Below, piece by piece: positions 1 through 13,594 of a stretch of 58,571 nucleotides of DNA. The notes beneath the pieces were generated by a model. That model was given only the letters and a program-made list of their open reading frames with translations. It ran no database searches and had not been told where the DNA came from. Numbering within the stretch: the stretch's first letter is position 1; each line of letters starts with the position of its first letter. Source of the stretch: Chiloscyllium plagiosum (taxonomy: Eukaryota); NCBI RefSeq assembly GCF_004010195.1, contig NC_057718.1, forward strand, positions 79,317,643-79,376,213, read 5' to 3'. The position numbers were made by a program, and so were the translations under genes.

Positions 1-88
1 GGGTGCTTAAGCTAGGACAAATGTTCGGCACAACATCGTGGGCCGAAGGGCCTGTTCTGTGCTGTATTGTTCTATGTTCTATGTTCTA
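1..88 (+). mobile_element. CR1/HER1-type LINE 3' tail
   Basis: gggccgaagggcc stem-loop followed by (gttctat)n tail, typical of CR1 3' ends. Confidence 0.75.
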
Positions 89-330
89 ATCTATTCTAAA
101 TCTGGCCTTCAACATATTTTTATCTTACTGATAATCTAGGTAGTTGTGGCTTTGATGTTAAACGTTTTTGATAATATTCCTATGAAGCTCCTTAGCCTGT
201 TTGTCTTACAATAAATGCAAGTTGCTGATGGAAGTTTGCAGGACTGAAGGACAATGATGTTACTTGTTAAAGTCAAAATTGAGATGGACACTGAAGTTCC
301 TGTTTTGCAAGTATACTCCCGTCCAAAAGT

Positions 331-365
331 AGTCAGTCAGTCAGTCAGTCAGTCAGTCAGTCAGT
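331..365. repeat. (AGTC)n microsatellite
   Basis: About 8.75 perfect AGTC units. Confidence 0.95.
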
Positions 366-2400
366 ATATCTATACATTCTCTGCTATGAACAGATTGAAC
401 GTGGCTCAGCTGTGAACAATGAGATAGAGGGTTCTGTAGTAATGGGCTCCGTAGTTGAGGCACAGTACTGGCAAGCCTTATTTCTTGTGCTGAATCTAAG
501 AGTGTCTAATTATCAGTGATAGGCCACTGGTGAGTCTAAACAAGTACTTGTAATAAGCTACCTCTTAAGACATGATAGCAATAGGTATAAGTTATATTGA
601 CTAGTTGACCTTACGTAATTATGCCCAGCGATGACAATTCTGAACCCGTCAGAATCTCATGCAACTGCCTAGTTGGCCACCCAAAGATTCTGACATCACA
701 TTGGCAGGAGCTAAATGCAACTTCAGCATCAACTATTTCAGTCCCATTATCTTCAAAAGGGAAACCTTCCTTGTTTTGGAATCAAAAAAAGGTTGTTGTT
801 ATTTCTACCATCCACTGTTTTAAAAGCACATCCTTTAACTCCAGTGATGCTACTTTTAAATAGATGGGATAGATTTCTTCTTTAAAAATGGGAGAAATTC
901 TGGATTGAACTATGAAATTCTTCAAAGACAATGCCAAGTAGTAACTTGTTCCAGTTGAGACATCAGGAGGTTTACATGACCAGTGTTGGGAGCATAGTTG
1001 TTTGGGAGGGCATCCTGGGCGGTGAGCCACCAGCCAATTTTAATTTTGTGCTTTGTCCCATTTCTCCAATGTTGCAAGAAAAAAAATTTTTAATGAAAAA
1101 TACATTCAGGCAAGGATGTTTAAAAATTTTAAAGATACCTTCAAATTATACAATCTTCCACTGCTGAGGTTGAAATTGTCTAAAGCTCTATAGCTAACTA
1201 TGTCACCTGAAATTACTGCACATTTCTAAAATTAAAATTTGCATTATTGGTTATGCAAGACTGTCCCATTATGAAGCAGGAACAGCCAGTGCATTGTATT
1301 TTCAGGTCACTTACTTTCATTGAGGTTTCTAGGCACAGTAAATATTAAATTTCACATCTCCCAATGTGAAAGATAAACTAGTAAACTAAGCACCTGTGTA
1401 CAGTACACAGATTTCAAACCAAACAGACAGGAACTGCATGCTTCCTTGTAGCAGAAAATACATTTTTAGATTACAAATTCAGCCGAAAGGATGATCTGTC
1501 AAAACTGAGAAACATTGTAAAAGTAGTAACGAATGCCTTGTTTCACTTAATATCAGCAAATTGACTTGATGTAAAAAAGTGAAGAAAGTTATATAGTTTT
1601 AATTAAATAATATAAATTTCATAGAAATGAGGGACTAGAATAAAAAGAAAGAGTGCCTTACAGAACTAAGTTGTAGTGACTGGGTGTCCTGGTTCAAAGA
1701 CATGGAGCCTCTAATCTAAATCACTGCCACTCCACCACAAGACCCTTTTTGCAGGTTGAACAAGGCAAGAACATTGCAGACAGCAGCCCTGATTTGTTTA
1801 AACCAAAACAAGGAAGGAATATTCCCAGTGTTAAGGTAACTGACCTCTGTTAGTGGTAATTTGATGCTCAGCACCCTGACCAACAAGAAAAAAAAGGCTA
1901 AGGTTCCTTCTGCATGTCACTGCCCAAGTAACCCTAAAGGAAAGTGTGATGTGTGCACACCAGAAGGAAGTGGGATCAAATTTGGACATGTCACTTTAGA
2001 CAAAATCTCTCAACATTCAGGATCAAATATGAAGGTTAATCACTTTGCAAGTTCAGATGCAACAGTACACTCTGTCTTAAGTCACATCTTTAGAAATAGA
2101 AAAGTAGGAGTACACCTTGAAGAACATTGATTGTAGAAAAGACCCAACAGTCTTTCCATTTGCAACTGTTTAATGGGGATTTTCACACTTAAGATGGACT
2201 GAAGCCACTCCTCCAAAATGATAGTCATACATCATACAGTAGTGCAATCTGCATTGTGCAGTTGGTGCAGAATAGTGATATAGTTTAAAAACTGCAGACT
2301 TCAAAATTGGATTTCACCTTAGGTCTGTTTGGTGCTGGGCCTTAAAGATAGCTGTGTTTGCACATGTAACACTATTGATATTATTCTAATTAGAAGATAT

Positions 2401-2598
2401 GGAGGACTACAGATGCTGAAAAGTCAGAGTTGAAGAAGTGTGGAGCTGGAAAAAGCACAGCAGGGCAAGCAGCAGAGGTGCAAAGAATCGATATTTCGAT
2501 TCATGACCTTTCATAACTCCTGATGAATGGTCCTGACCGGAAACATCAACAGTCTTGCTCCTCTGATGCTGCTTGACCCTGCTGTGCTCTTTCCAGCT
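2401..2598. mobile_element. Penelope-like terminal repeat, fold-back copy with decayed hammerhead motif
   Basis: Inverted arms agctggaaaaagcacagcagg.../...cctgctgtgctctttccagct; CTGATGA at 2520-2526, GGTC/GACC stem, GAAACATC. Confidence 0.7.
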
Positions 2599-2899
2599 AA
2601 TTGGATGAAGATGGAAGCAGCGGTATGTACTTAACTGACTGCTTCTATTTTTCAACCACAAAACAATCAAGAAAAATATTGGCCTCTTTATACATATTTA
2701 AATAAATAAAAAAACTTTCAAAAACACTACATAATATAAAATTGTAAAGAAGTTGTATTATTTGAGAGAACAATTTGATTGGGAACATGTTAAATGTCCT
2801 TCATTGGCGAGGCCACAACAGGAATCTCTAAAAAAAAGTCACAAACTTACATGCAGATAGTTTATGAATAATACAAGATTGAAGTCTTCATAGAAATTG

Positions 2900-4150
2900 A
2901 TCATAGAAACAACACTAGTGATGGATCAGTGAAGGAAACAATCATTTCCCTGCTTGCTTTAAAGTCCTGCAGATTCTTCCTTTACAGTTAAATATCTAAT
3001 TCCTTGTTGAATTCTTCAATTGAACTGCCTCCATCTTACCCAGGCAGTGCGTTCAAGATCCTAATCACTCACTGCATGAGAATTTCTCATGGTGTTGTTA
3101 CTTCCTTTGACTGACTGAGAACCAGGGTATAGATTTAACACTCCTTCCAACAACTTGGACAATTTCTTATTACGCTCATGATTTTGAATACATCAAAATC
3201 TTTTAAGGAAAAAGAAAAAAAAAGTGTACCAACTTCTCTACTCCATTTACAGCTTCCTTCTATTGTCCTGCATTGTATGCTGACCAGAATACAATTCAGC
3301 TTGTGAACAACCCAGGGACTGCCTGTAGTCTTATGCGCTGTAACACCTTCACATCCTTCCTACAGTATCATGTCCAGAACTGAAACCAAACCAGTGTTTT
3401 ATCCACATTTAATACAACCACATTGCTTTATGTGCTTAGTATCCTCTAGTAAAGCCTGGAATACTGCCTGCTGTATTCCCCAGAGGGCAGTAGAGGCCCA
3501 CTCTCTGGATTCATTTAAGAAAGAGTTGGATAGAGCTCTCAAAAGATAGTGGAATCAAGGGTTATGGTGATAAGGCAGGAACAGGATACTGATTAGGAAT
3601 GATCAGCCATGATTATATTGAATGGCAGTGCAGGCTTGAAGGGCTGAATGGCCTACTCCTGCACCTATTGAGAAAGAAGTTAATACAAAACAGCCCTACT
3701 GCCTTACATGACTTTTGCACATATATAAATCGGGTCTCCTTGCACCTGCAACCACTTTAAAATTATAACTTTTCAATTACAATAGTCTCTGCATTCTTCT
3801 CACTAGACTGAATCATTTCACACTCTTTTGCATTAAAAATTTCACCTGTCATTTGACTACCCATTCTAGAACCTGTCTAGGTCCTTTTGAAGTTTTACAC
3901 CATCCTTGCAGTTCCAATACTTCCAAGTTTTGAAGTTTTGAAATGGTGTCCCATTTACCAAGGTGATTGGATACCTTGGGGTGAAGAGGAGGTATAAACA
4001 TGAATCCCTGCAGAGCTCTACCATAAAACTTTTCCAGTCTAATAAATCTCCATTAACCACTTTCCTGTCACTCAACCAATTTTTGTATCCAGGTTGTCAA
4101 TCTTTTATAAAAAAGTTCTAGCTTTTCTCATCTATTGTGCAGCAAAATGC
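2900..4150 (-). mobile_element. Old, decayed CR1 LINE fragments
   Basis: Degenerate reverse-strand CR1 ORF2/3' motifs, interrupted by a younger + strand tail. Confidence 0.45.
3475..3670 (+). mobile_element. CR1 LINE 3' end fragment
   Basis: cagagggcagtagagg...gggctgaatggcctactcctgcacct CR1 ORF2 end and 3'UTR. Confidence 0.75.
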
Positions 4151-4492
4151 TTTTCTTGATGTTCCGTCGGGGAGAATTCCTCAGATGAATGAAAGCAGAA
4201 GCAGACCATTTGACACCTCAAGCCTCCTCTGCAGTTTGTTAAAATTACTGATGGTGATGGCTCAGTATTGTTTGTGTTACATGTTAATTATTTAGCCTTA
4301 AATATGGAAGGCATGATTAGAAAGGTTGCAGAATACACAAAAGACAGGTAGTTGATACTGTAAAAGGATGGCTGTAAATGAAGGATGGTATTAGTCATTT
4401 GGTTGAGTGGGTAAAAAAAAGTGCACATTTATTTGGGAAAAGGTAAATAAAACAAAGGAATACAGAATAATGGAGGGTAATGTTAGTATCCA

Positions 4493-4800
4493 GGGCAGCG
4501 CAGTGGCAAGAACTGCCGCCTCACAGCGCCAGAGACCCAGGTTCAATTCCCGCCTCAGGCGACTGACTGTGTGGAGTTTGCACATTCTCCCAGTGTCTGC
4601 GTGGGTTTCCTCTGGGTGCTCCAGTTTCCTCCCACAGTCCAAACTGTGCAGGTTAGGTAAACTGGCCAAGCTAAATTGCCCGTAGTGTTAGGTGAAGGGG
4701 TAAATGTAGGGGAATGGGTCTGGGTGGGTTGCGCTTCGACACGTCGGTGTGGACATATTGGGCCGAAGGGCCTGTTTCCACACTAACTAATCTAATATCA
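4493..4800 (+). mobile_element. HE1-like tRNA-derived SINE (V-SINE)
   Basis: tRNA-like head with B box ggttcaattcc, V-domain gtgggtttcctc...tttcctcccaca, CR1-type tail; tatcca duplicated at 4487-4492 and 4801-4806. Confidence 0.9.
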
Positions 4801-6113
4801 TATCCAAGGTATGTTTTTTTTAAAAATCTATGTCCACAGTTCCTGAACATAACAGAGCAAATAGATAAGGAGATAAAAAAGGAGGAATGTGGAATGATTT
4901 ACTTCATTGAGCAAGTATTAAAATACTAAAAAAAAGATAAGTGGAACTGTACAGGACATTAGTTAGGCTACACCTGTGGTTTTACATACACTGATATCCG
5001 ATGCTAAAAACAGAGGAGATTTAGAAGAATGTTACCAGGCTTTGAAAATTTGTAACTATGGAAGTAAGATTGGAAATGCCAAATGCTGGGAAGTGTAATT
5101 AGAAGGGGCAGTTCATTTATTCAGGTGGCACAGGCACAATGAACTGAATGGCCTCGGTGTTTAATTTGTGGTTTTATAATCCATTTGTGTTACAAAGCAC
5201 ATTCTTATCTTTATCTGGTTTGGTTTGATTTTCTCTTGTCTAGTATGATTATCCCTACTGTGAAAATATTAAATTACGTTGTTCCACTGCCTGAGGGAAG
5301 CCTTCAAAATTCTTCTCATCGCTGCAGTGAAAAATGTGACCCCCAATTTTAAGACAGTGTCCCCTAGTTCTGGGCCATTTTCCTGTCCCCCTTGTTAACA
5401 GCATTTAGCACGTCACTTCAAAAAAAAAAAGTCACCCCTCATTCTAAACCCTACTTGGAAACAAAAACCCAGTTTAATCAGAACTATCCTGATATGATAC
5501 CTGTACACTAAGTTTATGTGTAAAGGCCTAGAATACCTAAATTTGTCTGCAACTCAATGCCTGTTTCTCTCTTACAGAAGTCCAGTTTTCATTCTTTAAG
5601 AAGTCACATTCATTACAATTCATGCCATTAAAGAAAAATCAAGTGTTAATTGTAATAAAAACAAATGCAAAAATAATTTGATTGCACTAATAGCTAAAGC
5701 AGCAAAAAGAATTAATTTAAAAATCAGAGAGGATATTTGGCAAGCGAAAAATTTGGTCTTCTGTTGCTCACTCCACCTATCTCCATGCTGGCATGTAGCC
5801 CAGGCCATGCTATTCTTTGAGCAGAGCAGCACTCGAGCTGCTTCTCCTCAGCCATGACACAGTCAATGGGAACCTTACTTCTGGGTCAGAGGACATAGGC
5901 CAGATTTTCACTCGAGCTAGATAACCTGAAATTGGGAAATTCTCTGGTTTGATACACATGCCTCTGGGGGAAAAAAAGCCCATTTTATACTCCTTATCTG
6001 CTCTTTGTGAAGATTTCAGAGTCTCTCTCCCAGGCCCTTGCTGCAGCGAAAACGGGATCTGTGAAACCAGTCGAATTCAAGTGGCTCGGCTGACTGTGCT
6101 TTTCATAATACAT

Positions 6114-6320
6114 AGTCAGAAGTTACATGACACCAGATTATAGTCCAATAGGTTTATTTGAAATCACAAACTTTCAGGGTGCTGCTCCTTCATCACTTCA
6201 CCAAACGAGGGAGCAGAATGCCAAAATCTCGTGATTTCAAATAAACCTGTTGGACTATAATCTGGTGTTGTGTAACTTCTGACTTTGTCCACCCCAGTTG
6301 AACACTGGCACCTTCATATC
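6114..6320. mobile_element. Penelope-like terminal repeat (GGAGC/GCTCC family), fold-back copy
   Basis: Inverted arms agtcagaagttaca...tgtaacttctgact (6114-6284); same family as 26847-27090; decayed hammerhead cores at the centre. Confidence 0.75.
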
Positions 6321-6419
6321 CATACCTCACAAGCAAACATAAAAGTCTGTTTCCCACTTCAACAGATTTTAAGACCCATCCCATGATCTTTAAAAAGAAT
6401 CCTAGATTATTCCACAACT

Positions 6420-6791
6420 CAAAAAAGAAGGTCCAGACCCATGAGTTCAAATCCTACTCGACTCAAGATTCAGGATCCCACTCCAGCTATTAAGGAATGC
6501 TGCAATGTTATAGACATTTCTTTTGGTTCAGATGTTACTCCATGGCCCATCTGCCCTGATCAGTGTAAGAGGTACGGCACTATTTTGAATCAATAGCCAA
6601 AGAGTTCTTCCTAGTTTCCTGATCAATATTTAAATTTGAAGCAAAACAAAAAAACAAAATCACTAACCGATAATAACACAATGTCCAGATAATGAGATTA
6701 GCTGCAACCTTTCCCCAAATTGCAATAGTGCACTTCAATAGGACTCTTGTTGAAAAGCACTTTGGGGATGTACCAAATGCAAGTTCTTTCT
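6420..6791 (+). mobile_element. Ancient DeuSINE-like relic (SacSINE1/AmnSINE1-like)
   Basis: Degenerate Deu-domain-like string gatgtta...ggcccatctgccctg...ggcactattttgaa...gagttct...caatattta and tail aaagcactttggg...aaatgcaagttctttc. Confidence 0.5.
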
Positions 6792-6793
6792 TA

Positions 6794-7147
6794 ACCAACA
6801 CAATAAAATTTTTGAATTACTTTCTTGAGGTCTGACCCTTTCCACTGCACAGTTTAAAAATCACTATCCACAAATTGCACCCATTCACTTGAATCTAAAA
6901 ACTTTGCATCTGGTATAAGTCAGTATATTTGAAATAGCCTTGCACCTCATTCTGGCAAGCGTTATGCGAGTGAACAGCCTGCTTGCCAGAATGAGGTGCA
7001 AGGCTACTTCAAATATATTGACTTATACCAGATGAAAAGTTTTTAGATTCAAGTGAATGGGTGCAATTTGTAGATAGTGATTTTTAAACTGTGCAGTGGA
7101 AAGGGTCAGATCTCAAGAAACTAATTCAAAAATTTTATTGCGTTGGT
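6794..7147. repeat. Long inverted repeat: 167-bp arms, 20-bp spacer
   Basis: 6794-6960 is the reverse complement of 6981-7147 with 7 mismatches and no indels by manual alignment. Confidence 0.95.
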
Positions 7148-7396
7148 ACCCTACTATCCTTCCCAACTACAGCTTGACTGCCTATTGTCAATAACAGTCA
7201 GATGCAAAGCTGCAAACTGAATTTCTCCCCCGTATTGTAAACATCACACTTAGTATTTCTAAAATGATTTTAAAAAGTGCAAGATTTAGCTAAATCACGA
7301 TATCAAATTGTACATCTGCCAATATTCACAAAAAAGGGACAAATATTGATGATCAATGTGGAAGAGAAAAATAAATTATGCTGCCATGGTAATTGG

Positions 7397-8445
7397 CATA
7401 CAGTCAGAGATGTACAGCATGGAAACAGACCCTTCAGTCCAACCCATCCAGGCCGACCAGATATCCCAACCCCATCTTTCCGATAGGAAGGAGACCAGAA
7501 TTGCACGCAAATAGCCGCAACATGACCTCCCAACTCCTGTACTCAATAATCTGACCAATAAAAGCATACCAAACGCCTTCTTCACTGTCCTATCTACCAG
7601 CGACTCCACTTTCAAGGAGCTATGACCTGCACTCCAAGGTCTCTGTTCAGCAACACTCCCTAGGACCTTACCATTAAATGTACAAGTCCTGCTAAGATTT
7701 GCTTTCCCAAAATGAAGCACCTCGCATTTATCTGAATTAAACTCCATCTGCCACTTCTCAGCCCATTGGCCCATCTGGTCCAGATCCTGTTGTAATCGGA
7801 GGTAACACTCTTTGCTGTCCACAAAACCCAATCAAATTTGAGAGAGATGATTTCCCACGCACAAAGCCACGTTGACTATCCCGAATCAGTCCTTGCCTTT
7901 CTAAATAAATGTATATCCTGTCCCTCAGGATTCCCTCCAACAACTTGCCCACCACCAACATCAGGCTCACCGGTCTATAGTTCCCTGGCTTGTCCTTACC
8001 ACCCTTCTTAAACAGTGGCATCACACTTGCCAATCTCCAGTCTTCCAGCACCTCACTTATGACTATCGATGATACAAATATCTTAGCAAAACACCCAGCA
8101 ATCACTTGTCTAGCTTCCCACACAGAGTTCAAGTACATCTGATCAGGTCCTAAGGATTTATCCACTTTTGTGCGTTTCAAAACATCCAGCACTTCCTCCT
8201 CTGTAATATGGACATTTTGCAAGATGTCACCGTCTATTTCCCTAGTCTATATCTTCCATATCCCTTTCCACATTAAATACTGATGCAAAATACACATTTA
8301 TTATCTCCCCCATTTTCTGCAGCTCCACACAAAGGCCACCTTGCTGATCATTGAGGGGTCCTTTCTCTCCCTAGTTACCTTTTTGTCCTTAATGTATTTG
8401 TAAAAACTCTTTGGGTTCTCCTTAATTCTATTTGCCAAAGCATCT
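7397..8445 (-). mobile_element. CR1 LINE fragment (ORF2 RT), internally deleted
   Basis: ORFs 7758-8222 (PGNYRPVSL...GFVRGKS) and 7376-7831 (WAEKWQMEFNSDKCEVLHFG); 3' tail at 7397-7472. Confidence 0.9.
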
Positions 8446-10714
8446 TTTGTGTCAAGATGCCACTCATCCACAGACAATGTATGCTTCAAAATCAGTAGCC
8501 TCCAGACATCATGGAAATGTGATAGAATGAACCAGACACACATCACACCACAAATATTTAAAGTGTCAGCAAATACCAGATTCCCACAGAAGAGCAGAGG
8601 GACATTCCAATCCCTGTTGAAACATTCTTATACTAGTGTTGTGCATGCATGTAGGAAATTAGAAAAACAACAACTAGTACTGAGATTCATATGCTGTACA
8701 ATTTCTCAAGATCTCAAATCAGAATTTTTGAACAATTCGGTATTCATCAGTAAAGCAACCTATGCAGTCAAATTCCTCTTTTTGGAAATATAGTTTCTCA
8801 CTTCCAACTTTCACCCACCTTTTTCTGAAAGGAAGGATTTAAACTGGGGTATTGCACAACAATTCTACACTCTTTCTAGAGTGTAAAACAGGAATAATAG
8901 CAGTTTATACATCCAAGGAAAAGTGCAATAGGAGGCCAGTACGGTTTTAATCTGATGTCTATCTAGAACGTCACACATCCTAGCAGTAATTCCTATAGCC
9001 CCACCTCAACAAAACAAAAAAAAAATGGCACAGGAACACAAGCAATCAGTTGGCTATTCAGCCCTGAAGCCTACTTCACTATTCAATTAAATCTGCACTT
9101 CAATATGCCAATGATAGTTAAAGAAAAATAATCTGTGTAAAATTTTTAAAGTATGACACTTTGATCAGATTTTCATGACATAGCCATGGTGTCCTTTTAA
9201 ACATCTGGTTTATTTTTCACTGACAAATAGGCATGGAATTAAAATCTCAAAAAGAAAAAAAAAAATCATTCGATGCAACATTTCTCTTGGAAATTAATTG
9301 AAATACCTTGACTCCATCAAAATAGCCAGTGAGGAAGATGTTCCACTCATTTTGACATGGCTATTACTGAAGGTGGTGATTAGGTTGCAAGGATAATCTT
9401 CCTGAATATGCTCACTGACACATATGGTAGTAATGCAGGAAACCAATGCAAGTTCACACTGGAAGACTGTTAGCTTTGTGTTCCACAGGTGGCAGACAAG
9501 GCTCTATTCCAAAATTTCCTGATGCCCATACAAGCAAGAATCTCGTCCTGTCCATATTCAGGAATACAATCAGCTGAGCAAAGCAATTAAATAGGCAACT
9601 TACGACTTATTGAAGTTTTTGCTCCCCCACTCAGCAAGCAAACTGAAAAAGGAGTCGTGCATTTAATGTCCAAGTTTCCTTCATGATGTTGTTGTTACCC
9701 ACTCTGTCACTCTTCTACATACAAAGAGAACACTGCATTCTTCCAACTCTAGACTCTTATACATTGAAGAGAGTTTTAAATCAACCCACAATGGGTGCTT
9801 GTGCCTTCAACCTTAGCTCTGGAATTCACTCTTACTACCTTGCAACCCACTGCCCATCTTTCAAAAGACTAGTACTAGTCCTGTGGCAATACCACGACTC
9901 TGCATTACCATTTGCCCACTCAATGATAAAGTTTTTTTTGCATTCTAGAATTGAATGCAAAAAAAAAAACACTTTATCATTGAGTGGGCAAGTGGTAATG
10001 CAGTCATTAGTCAAATAGTTCCAGCATAATGTCATAATTGATTTTAGTTGATAAAAATCAAATCTAGTGCTGTTTAGCAGGGTGACACTTCCACAAAGTT
10101 CTTCCACAAAGAAGGATAAAATGTGACACACCACCTATTCAGAGGAAGGTCTCTCTCCTCCTAATACTGAATGCACAAAGCAAGAATTAATTTTTAAAAA
10201 AAAAATAAAGAGGAATAATCAGAATGAGTTACAGAATCACGTAGAAGTGACTGTCAAAAACAAAATAAACATTTTAGATTTTATAACACAATTTGGTTAG
10301 CACCACTTTTGTCATCCAACATTTTTCATATACGTTTTATATATTGCAGGCTGGAAAGGATTGGCCCTCTTTAAGAAGGTTTTAAAAATTATTAGCATAG
10401 AACAGAAGCCTAATGAGTGAAAAGTTGTGGTCAACTAGAGAATTATATGCATATATCATTCAAAACTAAATAGACAAGCCAAAACCACAAAAAGAAATAA
10501 ATTACTTGTAACTATTACAGAACCATGAAAGTAGGTTGACAAGGATTGTGACCTGAATTTTTGAAGGGTACAGGACATTCAGGAAGGAGGCTAAGACAAA
10601 AAAAAAAAGTGGAAAGGTGGCTCTGTTAGTTAATGATATTAGCACATGAGAGAGAGAAGGATGAACTATATTCTGGAAACCACAATGTGCAAACAGTTTG
10701 GGTAAAGAAGGGAA

Positions 10715-13546
10715 ATTATAGAGTGCAAGCAATTGTGATAGGGGACTCTCTAGTCAGAGGCACAGACAGATGTTTGCACAGCGAGCAGTGATACATCAGA
10801 ATGGTGTGTTGCCTCCCTGCTGCCAGGATCAAGGATATCTCAGAGGGTGCAGAATGTTCTCAAAACGGGAGAAGTACCAGCAGGAAGTTATTGTACACAT
10901 TGGAACTAACATCAAAAAAAAAGGGAAAAAAAGAGGAGATTCTGAAGGGAGAATATAGAAAGTTAGGCAGGAATTTAAAATAGGTCAGAGGATAGTAATA
11001 TCTGGATTATTCCAGGTGCTACATGCTAGTGAGATGAGGAATAGGGGATAGAGTGGATGATTGTATGGCTGAGGAGCTGATGCAGGGGAGAGGAGTTCAT
11101 ATTTTTGGATCATTGTCACTTCTCCCACAGAAGATTCCAATAACGACAGATTGCACATGAATCGGAATGGGACTTATAAAATGGCAGGGAGACTGGCTAA
11201 AGCTGCTCAAGAGGATTTAAATTAGTAAGATGGGGGCTGGGACCCGGGAGATAGTGAGAAAAAGAGGTCAATCGGAGACTGGTATAATTGAGAAAGAGAG
11301 CAAGTAAAACAGTCAGGGCAGGCAGGAACAGAGCAGAGAAAGGTAGGACTGATAAATTAAACTGCATTTACTTCAATGCAAGAGGCCTAACAGGGAAGGT
11401 GGATGAACTCAGGGCATGGTTAGAGAACATGGGACTGGGAAATCATAGCAATTATAGAAACTTGGCTCAGGGATGGACAGGACTGGCAGCCTGGTGTTCC
11501 AGGATACAAATGCTATAGGAAGGATAAAGGGGGCAATGGCATTTTTGATAAGTACAGCAGTACAGGTGAATTGGCCATGCTAAATTGCCCATAGTGTTAA
11601 ATGCAGGGGTAAGTGTAGGGGAATGGGTCTGGGTGGGTTGTGCTTCGGCGGATCGGTGTGGACTTGTTGGGCCGAAGGGCCTGTTTCCACACTGTAAGTC
11701 ATCTAATCCAATCTAATTCAGGGAGGACATTCTTGGGAATACATCCAGTGAAGTTGTTTGGGTGGAACAAAGAAATAAGAAAGGGATAATCACCTTTCTA
11801 GGATTGTATTATATGGAACCCCTAATAGTCAGTGAGAAATTGAGAAACATTTGTAAGGAGATTTCAGTTACGTGTAAGAATAATAGGGTGGTTATGGTAG
11901 GGGATTTTAACTTTCCAAATCTAAACTAGAACTGCCAGTGTGTTAAGGATTTAGATGGACAGGAATTTGTTAAGTGTGTACAAGACAATATTCTGATTCA
12001 GTATGTGGATGTACCTACTAGAGAAGGTGCAAAACTTGACTAACACTTGGGAAATAAGGCAGGGCAGGTGACTGAGGTGTCAGTGGGGAAACACTTTAGG
12101 GCCAGCGACCATAATTCTATTAGATTTAAAATAGTGATGGAAAAGGATAGACCGGATCTAAAAGTTGAAGTTCTAAATTAACCTTCCTCCAATTTAAATG
12201 GTAGTAGGCAAGAACTTTCAAAAGCTGACTGAGGGCAGATGTTCACAGGTAAAGAAATGGCCGGGAAATGGGAACTCTTCAAAAGATGAGATAAGAGACC
12301 AGATATAATATGCTCCTGTTAGGGTTAAAAGGAAAGGCTAGTAGTTGTAGGGAATGTTAGATGACTAGAGAATTGATTTTTTAAAAAGAAGGAAGCATAC
12401 GTCAGGCATAGACACCAGAGATTTGTGAATCATCCTTAAGAGTATAAAAGGCAATAGGAGTAAGAGGGAAATCAGGAGGCCAAAAAAAAAAAAAGGATCA
12501 TGGTGATGGTGGAGGGTTGTTTTTCAGACTGGAGGCCTGTGACTAGTGGTGCGCCACAAGGATAAGTGCTGGGTCCACTAATTTGTCATTTACATAAATA
12601 ATTTGGATGTGAACATAAGAGGCATACTTAGTAAGTTTGTAGATGACACCAAATTGGAGGTGTGGTGGACAGTGAAGAAGGTTACATCAGAGTACAATGG
12701 GATCTTAATGAGATGGACCAATGGGATGATGAGTGGTAGATGGAGTTTAATTTAGATAAATGCCAGGTCCTGCGTTTTGGAAAGGTAAATCAGAGCAGGA
12801 CTTATACACTTAGTGGTAAGGTCCTGGGCAGTGTTACTGAAAAATAAAAAGAGACCTTGGAGTGCAGGTTCATAGTTTCTTGAAAATAGTCACAGGTAGA
12901 TAGGATATTTGAAGAAAGTGTTTGGTATATTTTCCATTATTGGTCAGAATATTGAGTATAAGAGTTGGGAGTTGCAGCTGTACAGGATATGGTTAGGCCA
13001 CTTTTGGAATATTGCATGCAATTCTGGTCTTCTCCCTATTGGAAGAATATTGTGAAACTTGAAAGGGTTCAGAAAAGATTTACAAGGATGTTGCCAGGGT
13101 GGGAAGGATTTGAACTATCGGGAGAGGCCGAATAGGCTGAGGCTGTTTTCCCTGGAGCATCGGAGGCTGAGGGGTGACCTTATGAAAATCATGAGGGGCA
13201 TGGATAGGATAGAAATAGACAAGGTATTTTCCCTGGAGTGGAGAATCCAAAAATAGAGGGCATAGGTGCAGGGTGAGGAGAAAAAAAAATATTAAAAAGG
13301 GACCTAAGGGGCAACTTTTTCCACACAGAGGGTTGTGCATGCATGGAATGAGTTGCCAGAGGAAGTGGTAGAGGCTGGTACAGTTACAACATTTAAAAGG
13401 CATCTGGATGGGTACATGATTAGGAAGGGTTTACAGGGATATGGGCCAAGTGCTGGTAAATGGGACTAGATTAGTTTAGTACATCTGGTCAGTATGGACA
13501 AGTTGGACCGAAGGGTCTGTTTCCATGCTATATATCTCTATGACTA
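10715..13546 (+). mobile_element. CR1 LINE with ORF1 (SGNH esterase-like) and ORF2 (APE endonuclease + RT), decayed, internal deletion near 12490
   Basis: VIGDSLVRG and MVCCLPAARIKDISE (ORF1); KLNCIYFNARGLTGKVDELRAW (endonuclease start); RT C-terminal motifs; 3' tail ending ctctatgact. Confidence 0.9.
11563..11717 (+). mobile_element. 5'-truncated HE1-like SINE nested in CR1
   Basis: 3' half of the SINE ending in an atctaat tail inside the CR1 endonuclease region. Confidence 0.85.
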
Positions 13547-13594
13547 AGTGAATTTATAGCAGTGATGTAAAAGTCCCCTAAGGTAGAATGAAGT

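Noticed and set aside
621..2130. Short ORFs 621-863, 782-1030, 931-1167 and 1861-2130 as genes
   Set aside because: No recognisable domain or consistent exon structure; lengths expected by chance
3308..3324. 17-mer caacccagggactgcct repeated at 27287-27303
   Set aside because: No flanking similarity; one match of this length is plausible by chance in 58 kb
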